64,000 nt of DNA from Anthoceros angustus (taxonomy: Eukaryota > Plantae > Anthocerotophyta): the NCBI GenBank assembly GCA_010909165.1, contig VJWM01000260.1:62001-126000 (forward strand), in the 5' to 3' direction. The notes under the pieces were generated by a model. It made no database searches and was not told the DNA's origin. It worked only from the letters and a program-made list of their open reading frames with translations. Below are positions 26,150 to 38,500 of the stretch, one piece after another (the stretch's first letter is position 1; every line of letters begins with the position of its first letter). Position numbers and translations under genes: made by a program.

Positions 26150-29100
26150 TGCACTTTGCATGTCGCTTTTCTGCTTACGACACATTTCTAGCGCCACCGG
26201 ACCGCCATGGATGGCACACCAACAGCCTTACTACTTGCCCGTCTCAATTATGACACCCAACACATGGAGCATGGTATCATTGGCAATGGCGAACCGCCCA
26301 TAGAGTACCATGAAGGCACAAGGCGTGCCGCGGCACAGTTGTGATGGCGGTGCACATTCGGTTCGAGTCCGACTCCGGCGACAAACTCCGCCGGAAAAAC
26401 CGGATGGCACGGATGTCTGCCGTCTCAATTTGGAGTGCAGCCTCGGGCGGTGGAAAGCGATGAGAAGGTGTGCGTGTGGGCGTCCGATTGATGTGCACAC
26501 CCCATATGTGTGGGGAGGGGAGAGGGTAGGTGGGTGCTCCAAGTCATGGAGGCGGCGGGGTTGCGGAAATGCATCATCGGTTTGTCACAGCAGAGCAAGT
26601 TTGGAGGATGATGGGCTGTCTGCGCTGGCGGCGCCGAGCGGAAAGTTTGGGAGCTTGCGAAAGGTTGGGTCTTGGGTTCCTAGGTCGAGCAAAGGAGCTC
26701 GCAATATTCGTGCACCAGCGGTTGAGGCACTCGAGAGAATTGGCGTGAACACATCGTCGTCCTCGGTTGAGGCGCAAGGGAGAAATTGTATTGTGGCCAT
26801 GTTGGGAGAGCACTTGTTCACACTTCGGTGGTGCGGTGGCCCAATTTGGAGAAATTACCTCGGCACCCAACAAGGTGATTGGATTGGTGGGAACTTGCGG
26901 ACGTCATTGCGGAGGAGGCACAATTTCACAAGTGGATGTGGAAACACATATATGTGCGCGAGAGGGGCCCTATTGGGATCAACGTCGTTACCTTACACAT
27001 TTCTACAGCGCCACCGGACCGCCATGGATGGCACACCAAACAGAGCCTTACTACTTGCCCGAAATGTCTCACCAATTACACCCAACACATGGAGCATGGT
27101 ATCATTGGCAATGGCGAACCCGCCCATAGAGTACCATGGCGTGCACGGCAGCTTGTGATGGCGTGCACATTCGGGTTCGAGTCCGACTCCGGCGACAAAC
27201 TCCACCGCCAGAAAAACCGGATGGCACGGATGTCTGCCGTCTCAATTTGGAGTGCAGCCTCGGGCGGTGGAAGGCGATGAGAAGGTGTGCGTGTGGCGAT
27301 GTGCACCCCATATGTGTGGGGAGGGGAGAGGGTAGGTGGGTGCTCCAAGTCATGGAGGCGGCGGGGTTGCCGAAATGCATCATCGGTTTGTCAGCAAGAG
27401 CAAGTTTGGAGGATGATGGGCGTTGCATCTTTGCGGCTGGCCCGATCGGGAGCAGGAAAGTTTGGGAGCTTGCGAAAGGTTGGGTCTTGGGTTCCTAGGT
27501 CGAGCAAAGGAGCTCGCAATATTCGTGCACCAAGCGGTTGAGGCACTCCGAGAGAATTGGCGTGAACACATCGTCGTCCTCGGTTGAGGCGCAAGGGAGA
27601 AATTGTATTGTGGCCATGTTGGGAGCACTTGTTCACACTTCGGTGGTGCGAAGGTGGCCCAATTTGGAGAAATTACCTCGGCACCCAACAAGGCTGATTG
27701 GATTGGTGGGAACTTGCGACGTCATTGCGGAGGAGGCACAATTTCACAAGTGGATGTGGAAACACATATATGTGCGCGAGAGGGGCCCTATTGGGATCAA
27801 CGTCGTTACCTTCGTGGTGGCCCATTATGCGTTAAGGTCCATGCTTACATCATCTACATGTGGCATTGTCACTATTGTGAAGCGCAATTGGATGGGGCAA
27901 ACTTCTGGTATCGATCGAGGGTTTTGTTCACTCACAAGTGGACCATTTTCTTTGCATGCGATTTCAAAGTGAATGACGAAGGCCATTACCGGCCTCGGGC
28001 CGGTGGAAGGCGATGAGAAGGAAGGTGTGCGTCTGATTCGGCGATGTGCACACCCCATATGTGTGGGGAGGGGAGAGGTAGGTGGGTGCTCCAAGTCATG
28101 GAGGCGGCGGTTGCGGAAATGCATCATCGGTTTGTCACAAGAGCAAGTTTGGAGGATGATGGGCGTTGCATCTTTGCGGCGCATCGGCGAGCAGGAAAGT
28201 TTGGGAGCTTGCGAAGGTTGGGTCTTGGGTTCCTAGGTCGAGCAAAGGAGCTCGCAATATTCGTGCACTGCGGTTGAGGCACTCCGAGAGAATTGGCGTG
28301 AACACATCGTCGTCCTCGGTTGAGACGCAAGGGAGAAATTGTATTGTGGCGCCATGTTGGGAGAGCACTTGTTCACACTTCGGTGGTGCGTGGCCCAATT
28401 TGGAGAAATTACCTCGGCACCCAACAAGGTGATTGGATTGGTGGGAACTTGCGACGTCATTGCGGAGGAGGCACAATTTCACAAGTGGATGTGGGGAAAC
28501 ACATATATGTGCGAGAGGGGCCCTATTGGGATCAACGCTCGTTACCTTCGTGGTGGCCCAGTTATGCGTTAAGGTCCATGCTTACAGCCCCATCTACAGC
28601 ATGTGGCATTGTCACTATTGTGAAGCAGCAATTGGATGGGGCAAACTTCTACAGGTATCAGTCGAGGGTTTTGTTCACTCACAACAGGGTGGACCATTTT
28701 GCTGCATATGCAGATTTCAAAGTGAATGACGAAGGCCATTACCAGCTACTCGAGGCGGCAGACATGATCGTTGAGGCCTGCTTCACCTTGGCTGGAGGAC
28801 GACTTCATGCCTTGTTGGCGGGGCGATCACATGGGTACCTATTCGAATAAGGAGCCTGGCGAGCCGGTGGCGGAGAAGGCCGCAACCTCCATTTGAAGGC
28901 AAGCATTCCAAGCCGTCGACGCATTGCAAGCCTGCACTAGCCGTTTGCGAAGGCGTTGCAAGTGGCGGATGCGTATCCTAGGTGTTTATTTCTGATGGGG
29001 CACACAAACATGCCATGACGGCCAACAACAAGTGCACACATGGCCGGAATCGCCATTGCAGGATGTCCTGTGGAGTTTTGTAGCACTTCCACAAAGGGTG

Positions 29101-30300
29101 TGTGTAAGCGGTTGTTGAATTGAAGTTAAGATGGAAAGCATTGCCTTCCCAAAGTTCACCAGTACTAAAGCGTGTTTGTCACTCGAGGTTGACTCCCATT
29201 CTATTTGCCGCACACTTCCTTGCATATGCGCACTCAGCTTACCTTACACATTTCTAGCGCCACCGGGACCGCCATGGATGGCACACCCGAAACAGAGCCT
29301 TACTACTTGCCCGAAATGTCTCAGCCAATTACAGACACCCAACACATGGAGCGGTATCATTGGTATGGCGAACCGCCCATAGAGTACCGCGAAGGCATGG
29401 CGTGCACGACGGCGATTGTGATGGCGTGCACATTCGGGTTCGAGTCCGACTCCGGCGACAAACTCCACCGCCGGAAAAACCGGATGGCACGGATGTCTGC
29501 CGTCTCAATTTGGAGTGCAGCCTCGGGCGGTGGAAAGCGATGAGAAGGTGTGCGTGTGGGCGTCTGATGTGCACACCCCATATGTGTGGGGAGGGGAGAG
29601 GTAGGTGGGTGCTCCAAGTCATGGGCGGCGGGGTTGCGAAATGCATCATCGGTTTGTCAGCAAGAGCAAGTTTGGAGGATGATGGGCGTTGCATCTGCTG
29701 GCGGCATCGGCCGAGCAGGAAAGTTTGGGAGCTTGCGAAGGTTGGGTCTTGGGTTCCTAGGTCGAGCAAAGGAGCTCGCAATATTCGTGCACCAAGCGGT
29801 TGAGGCACTCGAGAGAATTGGCGTGAACACATCGTCGTCCTCGGTTGAGGCGCAAGGGAGAAATTGTATTGTGACGCCATGTTGGGAGAGCACTTGTTCA
29901 CACTTCCGGTGGTGCAGAAGGTGGCCCAATTTGGAGAAATTACCTCGGCACCCAACAAGGCTGATTGGATTGGTGGGAACTTGCGGACGTCATTGCAGGA
30001 GGAGGCACAGTTTCACAAGTGGATGTGGGGGAAACACATATATGTGCGCGAGAGGGGGCCCTATTGGGATCAACGTCGTTACCTTCTGTGGAGTGGCCCA
30101 GATTATGCGTTAAGGTCCATGCTTACATCTACAGCATGTGGCATTGTCACTATTGTGAAGCAGCAATTGGACGGGGCGAACTTCTACAGTGTCGATCGAG
30201 GGTTTTGTTCACTCACGTGGACCATTTTCTTTTGATTTCAAAGTGAATGACGAAGGCCATTACCACTCGAGGCGGCGGACATGATCGTTGAGGCCCGCTT
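26150..30300. repeat. Internal tandem repeats (~0.7-0.9 kb unit, 4-5 imperfect copies) within the CACTA element
   Basis: aaaccggatggcacggatgtctgccgtctcaatttggagtgcagcctcgggcggtggaa recurs at ~26397, ~27215 and ~29476. gagcaaaggagctcgcaatattcgtgcac recurs at ~26687, ~27502, ~28241 and ~29764. 25810-26150 is duplicated at ~28870-29210. Confidence 0.9.
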
Positions 30301-31649
30301 CACCTTGGCTGGAGGGCGACTTCATGCCTTGTTGGCGGGCGATCACATGGGTACCTATTCGAATAAGGAGCCAGGCGGGCCGGTGCGGTGGAGGTATATG
30401 AAGGCGAGTTCTTCATGCACAAGAGCTCAATGAAGATAGGAGTTTGACGTGGGAGGTGAGTGTACTGCCGTTGTTGTTCTTGTGCGGCATTGGTATGGCG
30501 CAAACCATGACGGTTTCAGCGACGGCTCCAAAATGTGGTTTGCCTTTGTTTACGTTTACCACCAAGGATTCCAATCTTCAATCCACCATTGGAAGCACGA
30601 AGTGTGGGGAGTGCGATGTTGTATGTGCATGTGTGGCGCCGCCATTCTGAGGTCTCAAGCCCACAGAGCTCTGCTTTTTGTCTCCATCTTCACACTCACA
30701 ACAGAATCGAGTCGCTTACAACTTCTAAGAACAACAATGTATTCGCGTGACAATCGAATCTGATCTGTTATCCTCACCATCGCAGCGGACATCCGGCATA
30801 GTCAGCAACCTTACCGTATGACTGACCGTCTGCGCGGGTACATTGTCCATCTCGTATGGGTTGGATCGTACGTACATGCCACTTCCAAAAATACGGTTTT
30901 AGGGTACCGGAACAACATCACCATGTCACGGTTTTCCACAAGGCACGTCACGGGCCCGGGATACCCAGTACAAGACAAAACAGGCCAACGTCTCCGCGTG
31001 TGGAGAACCCGCCCACCCGGGTGCGAGCATGAGTGGAACCCACCAAGTGGATGTGGCGTGAGGTTTCCAGCATATTTTAACGGGAAGGTGCATGAAAAAA
31101 GCGAGCATGACAAGAGGCCGGACCACGCGTGGGAGGCGTGGATGAACATAATTACAAGGGAGTTCACGGGCCCGATCGACAATGGAACTAGAACTGGGAC
31201 CTCGGCTCCGGTGTACCAAGTAGTGAAACTATTTTTACTATAGATAAGTGAGAAAGAGGGGACGGTGCGGTTGGAGGGAAGCATCTTGCACCCATTCAAG
31301 TAGAGAGAAGGGTAAGACAATGTAACAAACTTAGGCTTGTGTGAGCCTCCCCATACCATCCGTTGTATAACGTTTGTGATCACCATAACAAGAACTACAA
31401 CAAAAACGTTACATAGGCAGCGAGGTTTCTAGTAGTGGTATTAAGCCATGCAACTCTGAGCTTATCCCTTATCGCTTTTGTCCACACATCTGAGATGTTT
31501 AGGGAGTACCCTCTACACTCGGCCGACCAAATGCTGGCTCGATTTGATGACATTTGCTTCTAAGGTTAGCCTTCATTCCAAGGTTGCTTCTAAGGTTAGC
31601 CCTCGAATTTTTGATGGAAGTGCCACGTACGAAGTGCGTGGAAGGGAGG

Positions 31650-32590
31650 GCCACAATGGCAGCGGAGGAGGTGCGGCCGGCGCCCTCTCGCCTCCACCCG
31701 TCGGGCATAAGTGGTGGTGCGAGGAGGGAGGCGCCCGGCCGGCCGGCTCCGCACACCACCAGCCGTATGCCCTACGGGTGGCGCGTGGAGGGCGCCTCCC
31801 ATCCGCGCCCTCCCATCCGCGCACCACCGTCGGGGTTTACGGTGGTGCGCGGAGGATGGCGGCGGCGGCGGCACGCCACCACCGTATGCCCGATGGGTGG
31901 AGCGCGGAGGCACCGGCCGGCGCCCTCGCTGCGTGCACCACCCGTTGCCCACCCTACGGGTGGCGCGTGGAGGGCGCCTCCCATCCGCGCCCTCCCATCC
32001 GCCGCACCACCCGTCGGGGTTTCAGTGGTGCGCGCGGAGGATGGCCGGCCGGCGGCCGGCCTCCACCACCAGCCGTATGCCCGATGGGTGGGCGAACGGA
32101 GGCACCGGCGCCGGCGCCCTCGCTGGCGTGCACCACCCGTTGCCCACCCTACGGGTGGTTGGCAGCGTGGGAGGCGGCCGGCCCACCTCCACACGCCACC
32201 ATCGGTGGGCCTCTGGGCGGTGCGTGGGGCGCGGCCGGCGCCCTCCCTTAGCACCACCCGTCGGTGCGGGGTGGAGCTAGGGTAGGGCGCCCGGTGGCGT
32301 GCCCTCCCCGGCATGCCACAGTCATGGGCGCCGGCCGGCGCCTCCCCTAACACCACGCCCATGGGCGCCGGCGGCGCCCCTAACACGCCACGCCCACCGG
32401 CGCCCGGCAGCGCCCTCCCCTAACACGCCATGGGCGCGGCGGCGGCTTCCTCCCCTAGCACACCCCTCCCCATGTGCGCGTTGTGCGCCCTCCCCTAACA
32501 CGCCATGGGCGGCCGGCGGCGCGCCCCCCGCCTGCCTCCCTTGGGCGGCCGCCGGCGCCCTCCCCTAACACGCCATGCCTTGCCGGCCGC
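31650..32590. repeat. Very GC-rich short-unit repeat block
   Basis: Recurrent units such as ggcgccctcccctaacacgccatgggcggccggcggc and caccacccg...ggtggtgcgcggagg. Similar units recur at ~33950-34120. Confidence 0.85.
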
Positions 32591-32599
32591 CCTCCTCAT

Positions 32600-35450
32600 A
32601 AATTTATCTTTTAAAATTTATATGTGGTGGCTCAACATGTTGGTAACTTGGGATTGTTGGTCTAGTGTTTGGGGAAAAGGTTTAGTAATGAATAGGTCAC
32701 GGGTTCAAAATCGCATCTTTTAATAACTCAACTTTGTTGATATTAAGGATGCTTGCATGGGCGCATGGGCAACTAACTTTGTTCATTTTAAGGACGCTGG
32801 CATTGCCTTAAAGCCCAAGTGGTTGCATTGAGTGCCAGAAGGTTGAAGACTACGACTGGCGACCTTTTGGATGAGGGTCAGCAAACCCTAGATGCTGTGT
32901 GGCAGTCCACACCGTCAGATGGTGGGCCCAGGAATGATACTATTGAAGACGAGCAAGCAATGGAGGAGAACGATAACTTTGAGGCGGACGATATGGACCG
33001 CATCCGGAATATGGCGGTGGTTCTTGACTCAGTGTCGATGCAAGGCATGGATGAGTCGCCAGGCCTCACTCTTCAATGACTATTGTCGATGCCGATGACC
33101 ACTCCCTCCTTTAGCACATGTTTGTTGCAATGTTCTTACGACGATTAAAATGAGACTCCCTCTAGTACAAGATTGTTTTCATTGTGTTCCACCACTTCAA
33201 AGTAAAAGTTTTCGGTTGTAATAAACATATAAAAATGGCAGCCCTCTAAACATTCTACAAAAGCCAGACGGGCCCACCCTCGTGCTCCAGTTCTAGGGTG
33301 TTCACTTGAAAGTGCGTCTTTTATCAATGGTATGACCTCGGAAAGGGTGTGTGCATTATCAAAGTAGGGCACATATGCTGTTCTAGGTAAGGTGTTCTTC
33401 GTGACAAGGGGGTGCTGTGATGACCGAAGGGGGTCAGTATATCCCCCCCTTCAAAAATTATCGTGTTGGGCTCCATAGAGGAGGAAAGAAAGAAGGAAAG
33501 AGAGAAAGAAAGAAAGGACAAAAGGAAGAATTAAATAAAGTTTAAAAAAGATGAATTAAAAAAGAAAAAGAAAAAAGAAGGAAGGAAAGAAACAAAATGA
33601 AGAGAAAACCCTAGGACATCCATTCCTTGGTACCACAACAATCTGTTATAGCCACACGCTCCGACCTTGCTCGGATAACCCAGTTACCTAACCCCAAATT
33701 GTGTGCGATCGCGAAAAACACTCGAAGGCCGTTGGTTTTGCAGAGCGTGCCGGTGCGCTCGATGGTTCGCACGGGCCTGCCCCGACGAAGATATCGCATC
33801 CGGGCCCCAACGTAACCACCCGAGCCAGGGCCCCCTCTCCACCCCCTGCCATACTCGTCGGGGACACCGCGTGCCTCCGGGCTCGCCTCTTGAAGGGCCT
33901 GAGCGCTGCGATGGGATTGCTCTGTTGCTCGGCATTGCCAGCGGTTCCTCCCCTTCCTCCCTCCCACGTGCCTCGGCCTCCCCTAGCACACCCCTCCCAT
34001 GTGCGTTCGTGACGCCCTCCCCTAACACCACAACATGGGCGGCCGGCGGCGCCCCCCGCCTGCCCTCCCCTTGGGCGGCCGGCCGGCCCCTCGCCATGCC
34101 TTGCCGGGCCCCTCCTCATAAAGGTCTTTAACAAATTTATATGTGGTGGCTCAACATGTTGGTAACTTGGGATTGTTGGTCTAGTGTTTGGGGAAAAGGT
34201 TTACTAATGAATAGGTCCTGGGTTCAAAAATCTGCATCTTTTTAATAACTCAACTTTGTTGATATTAAGGATGCTTGCATGGGCGCATGGGCAACTAACT
34301 TTGTTCATTTTAAGGGCGCTGGCATTGCCTTAAAGCCCAAGTGGTTGCATTGAGTGCGGAAGGTTGAAGACTACATGGCGACCTTTTGGATGAGGTCAGC
34401 AAACCCTAGATGCTGTGGCGGTCCACACCGTCGGATGGTGGGCCGGGGAATGATACTATTGAAGACGAGCAAGCAATGGAGGAGGCGATAACTTTGAGGC
34501 GATATGGACCGCATCCGAATATGGCGGTGGTTCTTGACTCGGTGTCGATGCAAGGCATGGATGAGTCGCCGAGGCCTCACTCTTCAATGACTATCTTGAT
34601 GACCACTCCCTCCTTTAGCACATGTTTGTTGCAATGTTCTTCTGACGATTAAAATGAGACTCCCTCTAGTACAAGATTGTTTTCATTGTGTTCCACCACT
34701 TCAAAGTAAAAGTTTTCGGTTGTAATAAACATATAAAATGGCAGCCCTCTAAACATTCTACAAAAGCGCGAGCGGGCCCACCCTCGTGCTCCAGTTCTAG
34801 GGTGTTCACTTGAAAGTCGTCTTTTATCTTGGTATGACCTCGAGAAGGGTGTGTGCATTATCAAAGTAGGGCACATATCTTTGTTCTAGGTAAGGTGTTC
34901 TTCGTGACAAGGGGTCTTGTGATGGCCGAAGGGGTGATATCCCCTTCAAAATTATCGTGTTGGGCTCCATAGAGGAGGAAAGAAAGAAGGAAAGAGAGAA
35001 AGAAAGAAAGGACAAAAGGAAGAATTAAATAAAGTTTAAAAAGATGAATTAAAAAGAAAAAAAAAGAAGGAAGGAAAGAAACAAAATGAAGAGAAAACCC
35101 TAGGACATCCATTCCTTGGTACCACAACAATCTATTATAGCCACACGCTCCGACCTTGCTCGGATAACCCGATTACCTAACCCCAAATTGTGATCGCGAA
35201 AACACTCGAAGGCCGTTGGTTTTGCGAGCGTGCGGTCGCTTCGATGGTTCGTGACGGGCCTGCACGAAGATATCGCATCCCTAGCGTAACCACCAGCAGG
35301 CCCCTCTCCACCCCCGCCATACTGCTTGGGACACCGCGTGCCTCGGGCTCGCCTCTTGAAGGGCCTGAGCGCTGCGATGGGATTGCTCTGTTGCTCGGCA
35401 TTGCTTGGCTCCTCCCCTTCCTCCCTCCCACGTGCCCTCCCATCCGCGCC
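32600..35450. repeat. Tandem duplication, period ~1520 bp
   Basis: tttatatgtggtggctcaacatgttggtaacttggg at ~32617 and ~34137; the copies stay colinear to ~34100 and ~35450, with many 1-2 bp indels. Confidence 0.9.
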
Positions 35451-36447
35451 CTCCCTTTGCTTCGCTCTAGTCCACTTCCGCCCGATTCTGGGCAGTCTTA
35501 ATATTGGAGGTGAGGTTTAAGAACATTGAAAATCTCTCAAACTGAAGACTACATATGTATGATCTCACACACAAAAAATCACTTAGAGGAGGAGAGAGTA
35601 CAAGCCATAAGTACCAAAAGAGGGGATCTAAATATTCGGGATGCTGATAATGTCTCTTTTCTAGGATGTAAGCTATATATGCAGGGGCTAAATAGCTATT
35701 GCCTATGATACAGGTATTATGAGGTATTTAGAAATGTTGTAGCTGTATAGGCTAAGGCTTGATTCAAGCCGGATATGTTCTCTAAATAGCATACCGAAAT
35801 GGCTAAACCAAAAACGTGCGCAAGGAGGGATTGATGAATCAGTCTTGAGGCACATAGGCGGTTCATGTTTGCTGGTGGTGAGTGGTGGCAACAAGATACA
35901 ACATCATGGAGTTTCCAACGCCCAAGAATTGCTAATAGGCACAATTTTGAAAGCTGTCGAATATGTATGTTGACCTGGCCAAATTGTCATTAGCTTTTAG
36001 AAAATCCTTCGGTGGCGAGGGAGCACCTCTGCTTATGTAGCCAAGCATCAGAGTAATTCTTTGCCCTATTCATTCAATGCAAATACCCAAGGTGGTGTCT
36101 TGTCCATATTTGTGTCTGACTTGATCCGAGCTGGGTTTCATGTGTGTATAGTGCATAACGCGGAAAGGACGTGTTGAGCTCCTAGGAGATTGAATAATGA
36201 ATCAAAGGACTGCCACAAATTTGCCATGTTAAGTAATCTTTATTGTTTGCAGGTAGTACTGGGGCTATTGTCTGAATCCTGAATTTCAAGTCTTATTTGC
36301 TGGAATTCTGTCATGTCAATTGAACTTTTTTGTTTGCTACTGGTGTTGCTTTCTAAATGCTGAATTTCATGTGTCTTATTTCTAACAAGATGCTTGTGCA
36401 GCCTTGATTATTGTTAATTTTATCATTGAACACGCATCACTAGTTCT

Positions 36448-36855
36448 CGAGTGGGAGGAGTGGATGGGATTTGAGGGAGGCGAGCCTGACATCCAATTCC
36501 AATAGCACCAGGTGCACTGTACAGCTCATCATCTTGGCATCATACTCTTCTTGGCGTCTAGGGTTGAGATCTCGGGAAGAACTTCCCGGCCCGAGGATCT
36601 GCTTATTGGGATGGGAATATTCGGCGATCCATCAAGTTTGTGATCTGCATCCGGGTCTTGTAATCTGTACATTGGTAGATTCTTCGGATGCTTCCTGACT
36701 TCTGTTGGATGCTTGGAACTTTCACAGATACGCTGATTAGGCACTGGGCTCCGTTAGCTTTACTTCGAGATCTTGGAGAAGCTTACCTTGTACACCATAC
36801 CAACAACTTATTTGCAATTCGACGACCAATCTTTGGTGAACCCCCCTGGTCCACC
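36448..36855 (+). pseudogene. 3' fragment of a J8/DJC22-like gene, paralogous to 57498-57918
   Basis: EWEEWMGFEGGEPDIQFQ* is nearly identical to the last exon of the 56882 gene, and nucleotide similarity continues ~350 bp past the stop. No upstream J-domain exons are visible. Confidence 0.75.
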
Positions 36856-37049
36856 TTTGCCACATACATTGTAGATGTTTATTCATAAATATCCAATTTT
36901 CGATGGCTGAATAGTCAATTAGGCTTGCAAGCCACACATAGTGGGTGTGCAGGTCAATCTCAACTCATGCCCGTGCCTCTACCTCTAACTATTATTTGTC
37001 AAGTTCATCCCCAAGGTGCAATCCAAGATGAGTTAATGCCTAGAGCACG

Positions 37050-37350
37050 CACACATGTCAGGGCCAATCCAATATGAGTTTAAGCCTAAGATGAGTTGAA
37101 GCCTAGAGCACACACATATGTCAGAGCCAATCCAAGATGAGTTTAAGCCTAGGGCACACACACATGGTCCGACACAAGGATGGAATCTCACCAGAGTAAG
37201 TAGTAGGTTTGTCCCACACCGTTTAAGCCCCAATCCAAGATGAGTTTAAGCCTAGGGCACACATATGGTCCGACACCAGGATGGAATCTCACCGGAGTAA
37301 ATAGTAGGTTTGTCCCACACGAGGATGGAATCTACTGCTGTAAATAGTAG
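37050..37350. repeat. Short tandem repeats
   Basis: Repeats of ccaatccaagatgagtttaagcctagggcacaca and gatggaatctcaccagagtaagtagtaggtttgtcccacac. Confidence 0.8.
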
Positions 37351-38034
37351 GTTTGACAAAGCCTATGCAGTTAGAGTTTACAAAATATTTTTTATTGTAT
37401 TTTGGAAGAACACTCAAGTCCACCTTGTTGTCATAACAAGAATTCCTGATTGTAAGTATATTACTTAAAATAGGCTAACCTCATGGCACAATCGCCTATG
37501 AAGGGACGTTCCATCCATCGTAGTCGCATCCATCATAAATGATAAGCATAATGGTGGGCCATATTGGTATATGTATGTGGTGGTATTACGATAGAGTGAT
37601 AGCATGATTCATAAAGTGAATTGAATTCTTTCTTGTGATAATGGCAAAGTATGAGATCCGGATATAAGGGTTTAGATTTCAGAACACATAAAGCACCCCA
37701 CAAATATGCTTACATTAGAGAATCCTCTAAGGTCGCATATAGTTATAGTTACATGGAGAATAATAACTAATCATGATTAATCTTTACCTTTTCTTTAATT
37801 TAAGAGTAGGAAAATGTAACTCATGTATGGCATAGTTGATAGCCATGAATAAAGTCATCGATCTATGTACATATTGTTATCCTTTGCATTTGTAAAGTAT
37901 GTCATGTTATGCACATGCTTGTTTTTGGCATTTGAAAAGGATATAAAGTTATGCACGTGCGCTGTAGAATGTATTTTCATATAAATGTACTATGAAAGAT
38001 ATGTTGTTCTCTAAAGAGCTCGGCCTCATACCGG

Positions 38035-38500
38035 ACGGCTCCAAGTTGCTGGTATCTTGTCCTCTTGAGAGCACGGAGCCGCCAAGTTGCTGATGTCTCG
38101 TCCTCTTAAGAGCACGGTGGAATGTTGTGTAGCTCGATTCCTGATTGGTTCCAAGTTCCGCATATTTTATTCTTCAGTAGATCCTATGCGGCTCCAAGTT
38201 TTTGATTGGCTCCAAGTTCATATTTTGCCATGCGGCTCCAAGTTCATATTTTGCCATGCGGCTCCAAGTTCATATTTTGCCATGCGGCTCCAAGTTCATA
38301 TTTTGCCATGCGGCTCCAAGTTCGTGATTGGCTTCAAGTTCATATTTTGCCCTCCAGCTCCAAGTTCGTGATTGGCTCCAAGTCCATATTTTGCACTGCG
38401 GCTCCAAGTTTTTGATTGGCTCCAAGTCCATATTCTGTCGTGCGGCTCCAACTTCATGCTTTGCAGTGCGGCTCCAAGTTTTTTATTGGCTCCAAGTTCC
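38035..38500. repeat. Array built on GGCTCCAAGTT (26-bp unit gcggctccaagttcatattttgccat alternating with ATTGG-containing units)
   Basis: Exact 26-bp units start at 38232, 38258 and 38284; the core motif occurs more than ten times; TATATAAA follows at 38512. Confidence 0.9.

Larger units (their letters stand above)
17122..31437 (-). mobile_element. Full-length CACTA (En/Spm) DNA transposon, 14.3 kb
   Basis: Left end CACTACTAGGAACC (17122); right end GGTTTCTAGTAGTG (ends 31437; reverse complement CACTACTAGAAACC). Similarity extends to ~45 bp. 3-bp TSD GTA at 17119-17121 and 31438-31440. Internal TnpD-type transposase. Confidence 0.95.
16634..33468. mobile_element. Putative TIR element interrupted by the CACTA insertion
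   Basis: 16634-16657 caacatgataatttttgaaggggg is the reverse complement (1 mismatch in 24) of 33445-33468 cccccttcaaaaattatcgtgttg. A second right-end copy lies at 34941-34962 inside a tandem duplication. No convincing TSD or transposase. Confidence 0.5.

Noticed and set aside
26150-30300. CRISPR-like or satellite interpretation of the repeated blocks
   Set aside because: Eukaryotic sequence, no repeat-spacer alternation; these are long colinear duplications.
31478-32386. Multiple 190-260 aa ORFs on both strands
   Set aside because: Products of a GC-rich tandem repeat with few possible stop codons.
36436-36447. CTAG|T as a Helitron 3' end next to the J8 fragment
   Set aside because: No subterminal GC hairpin, and no 5' TC end or Rep/helicase sequence found.
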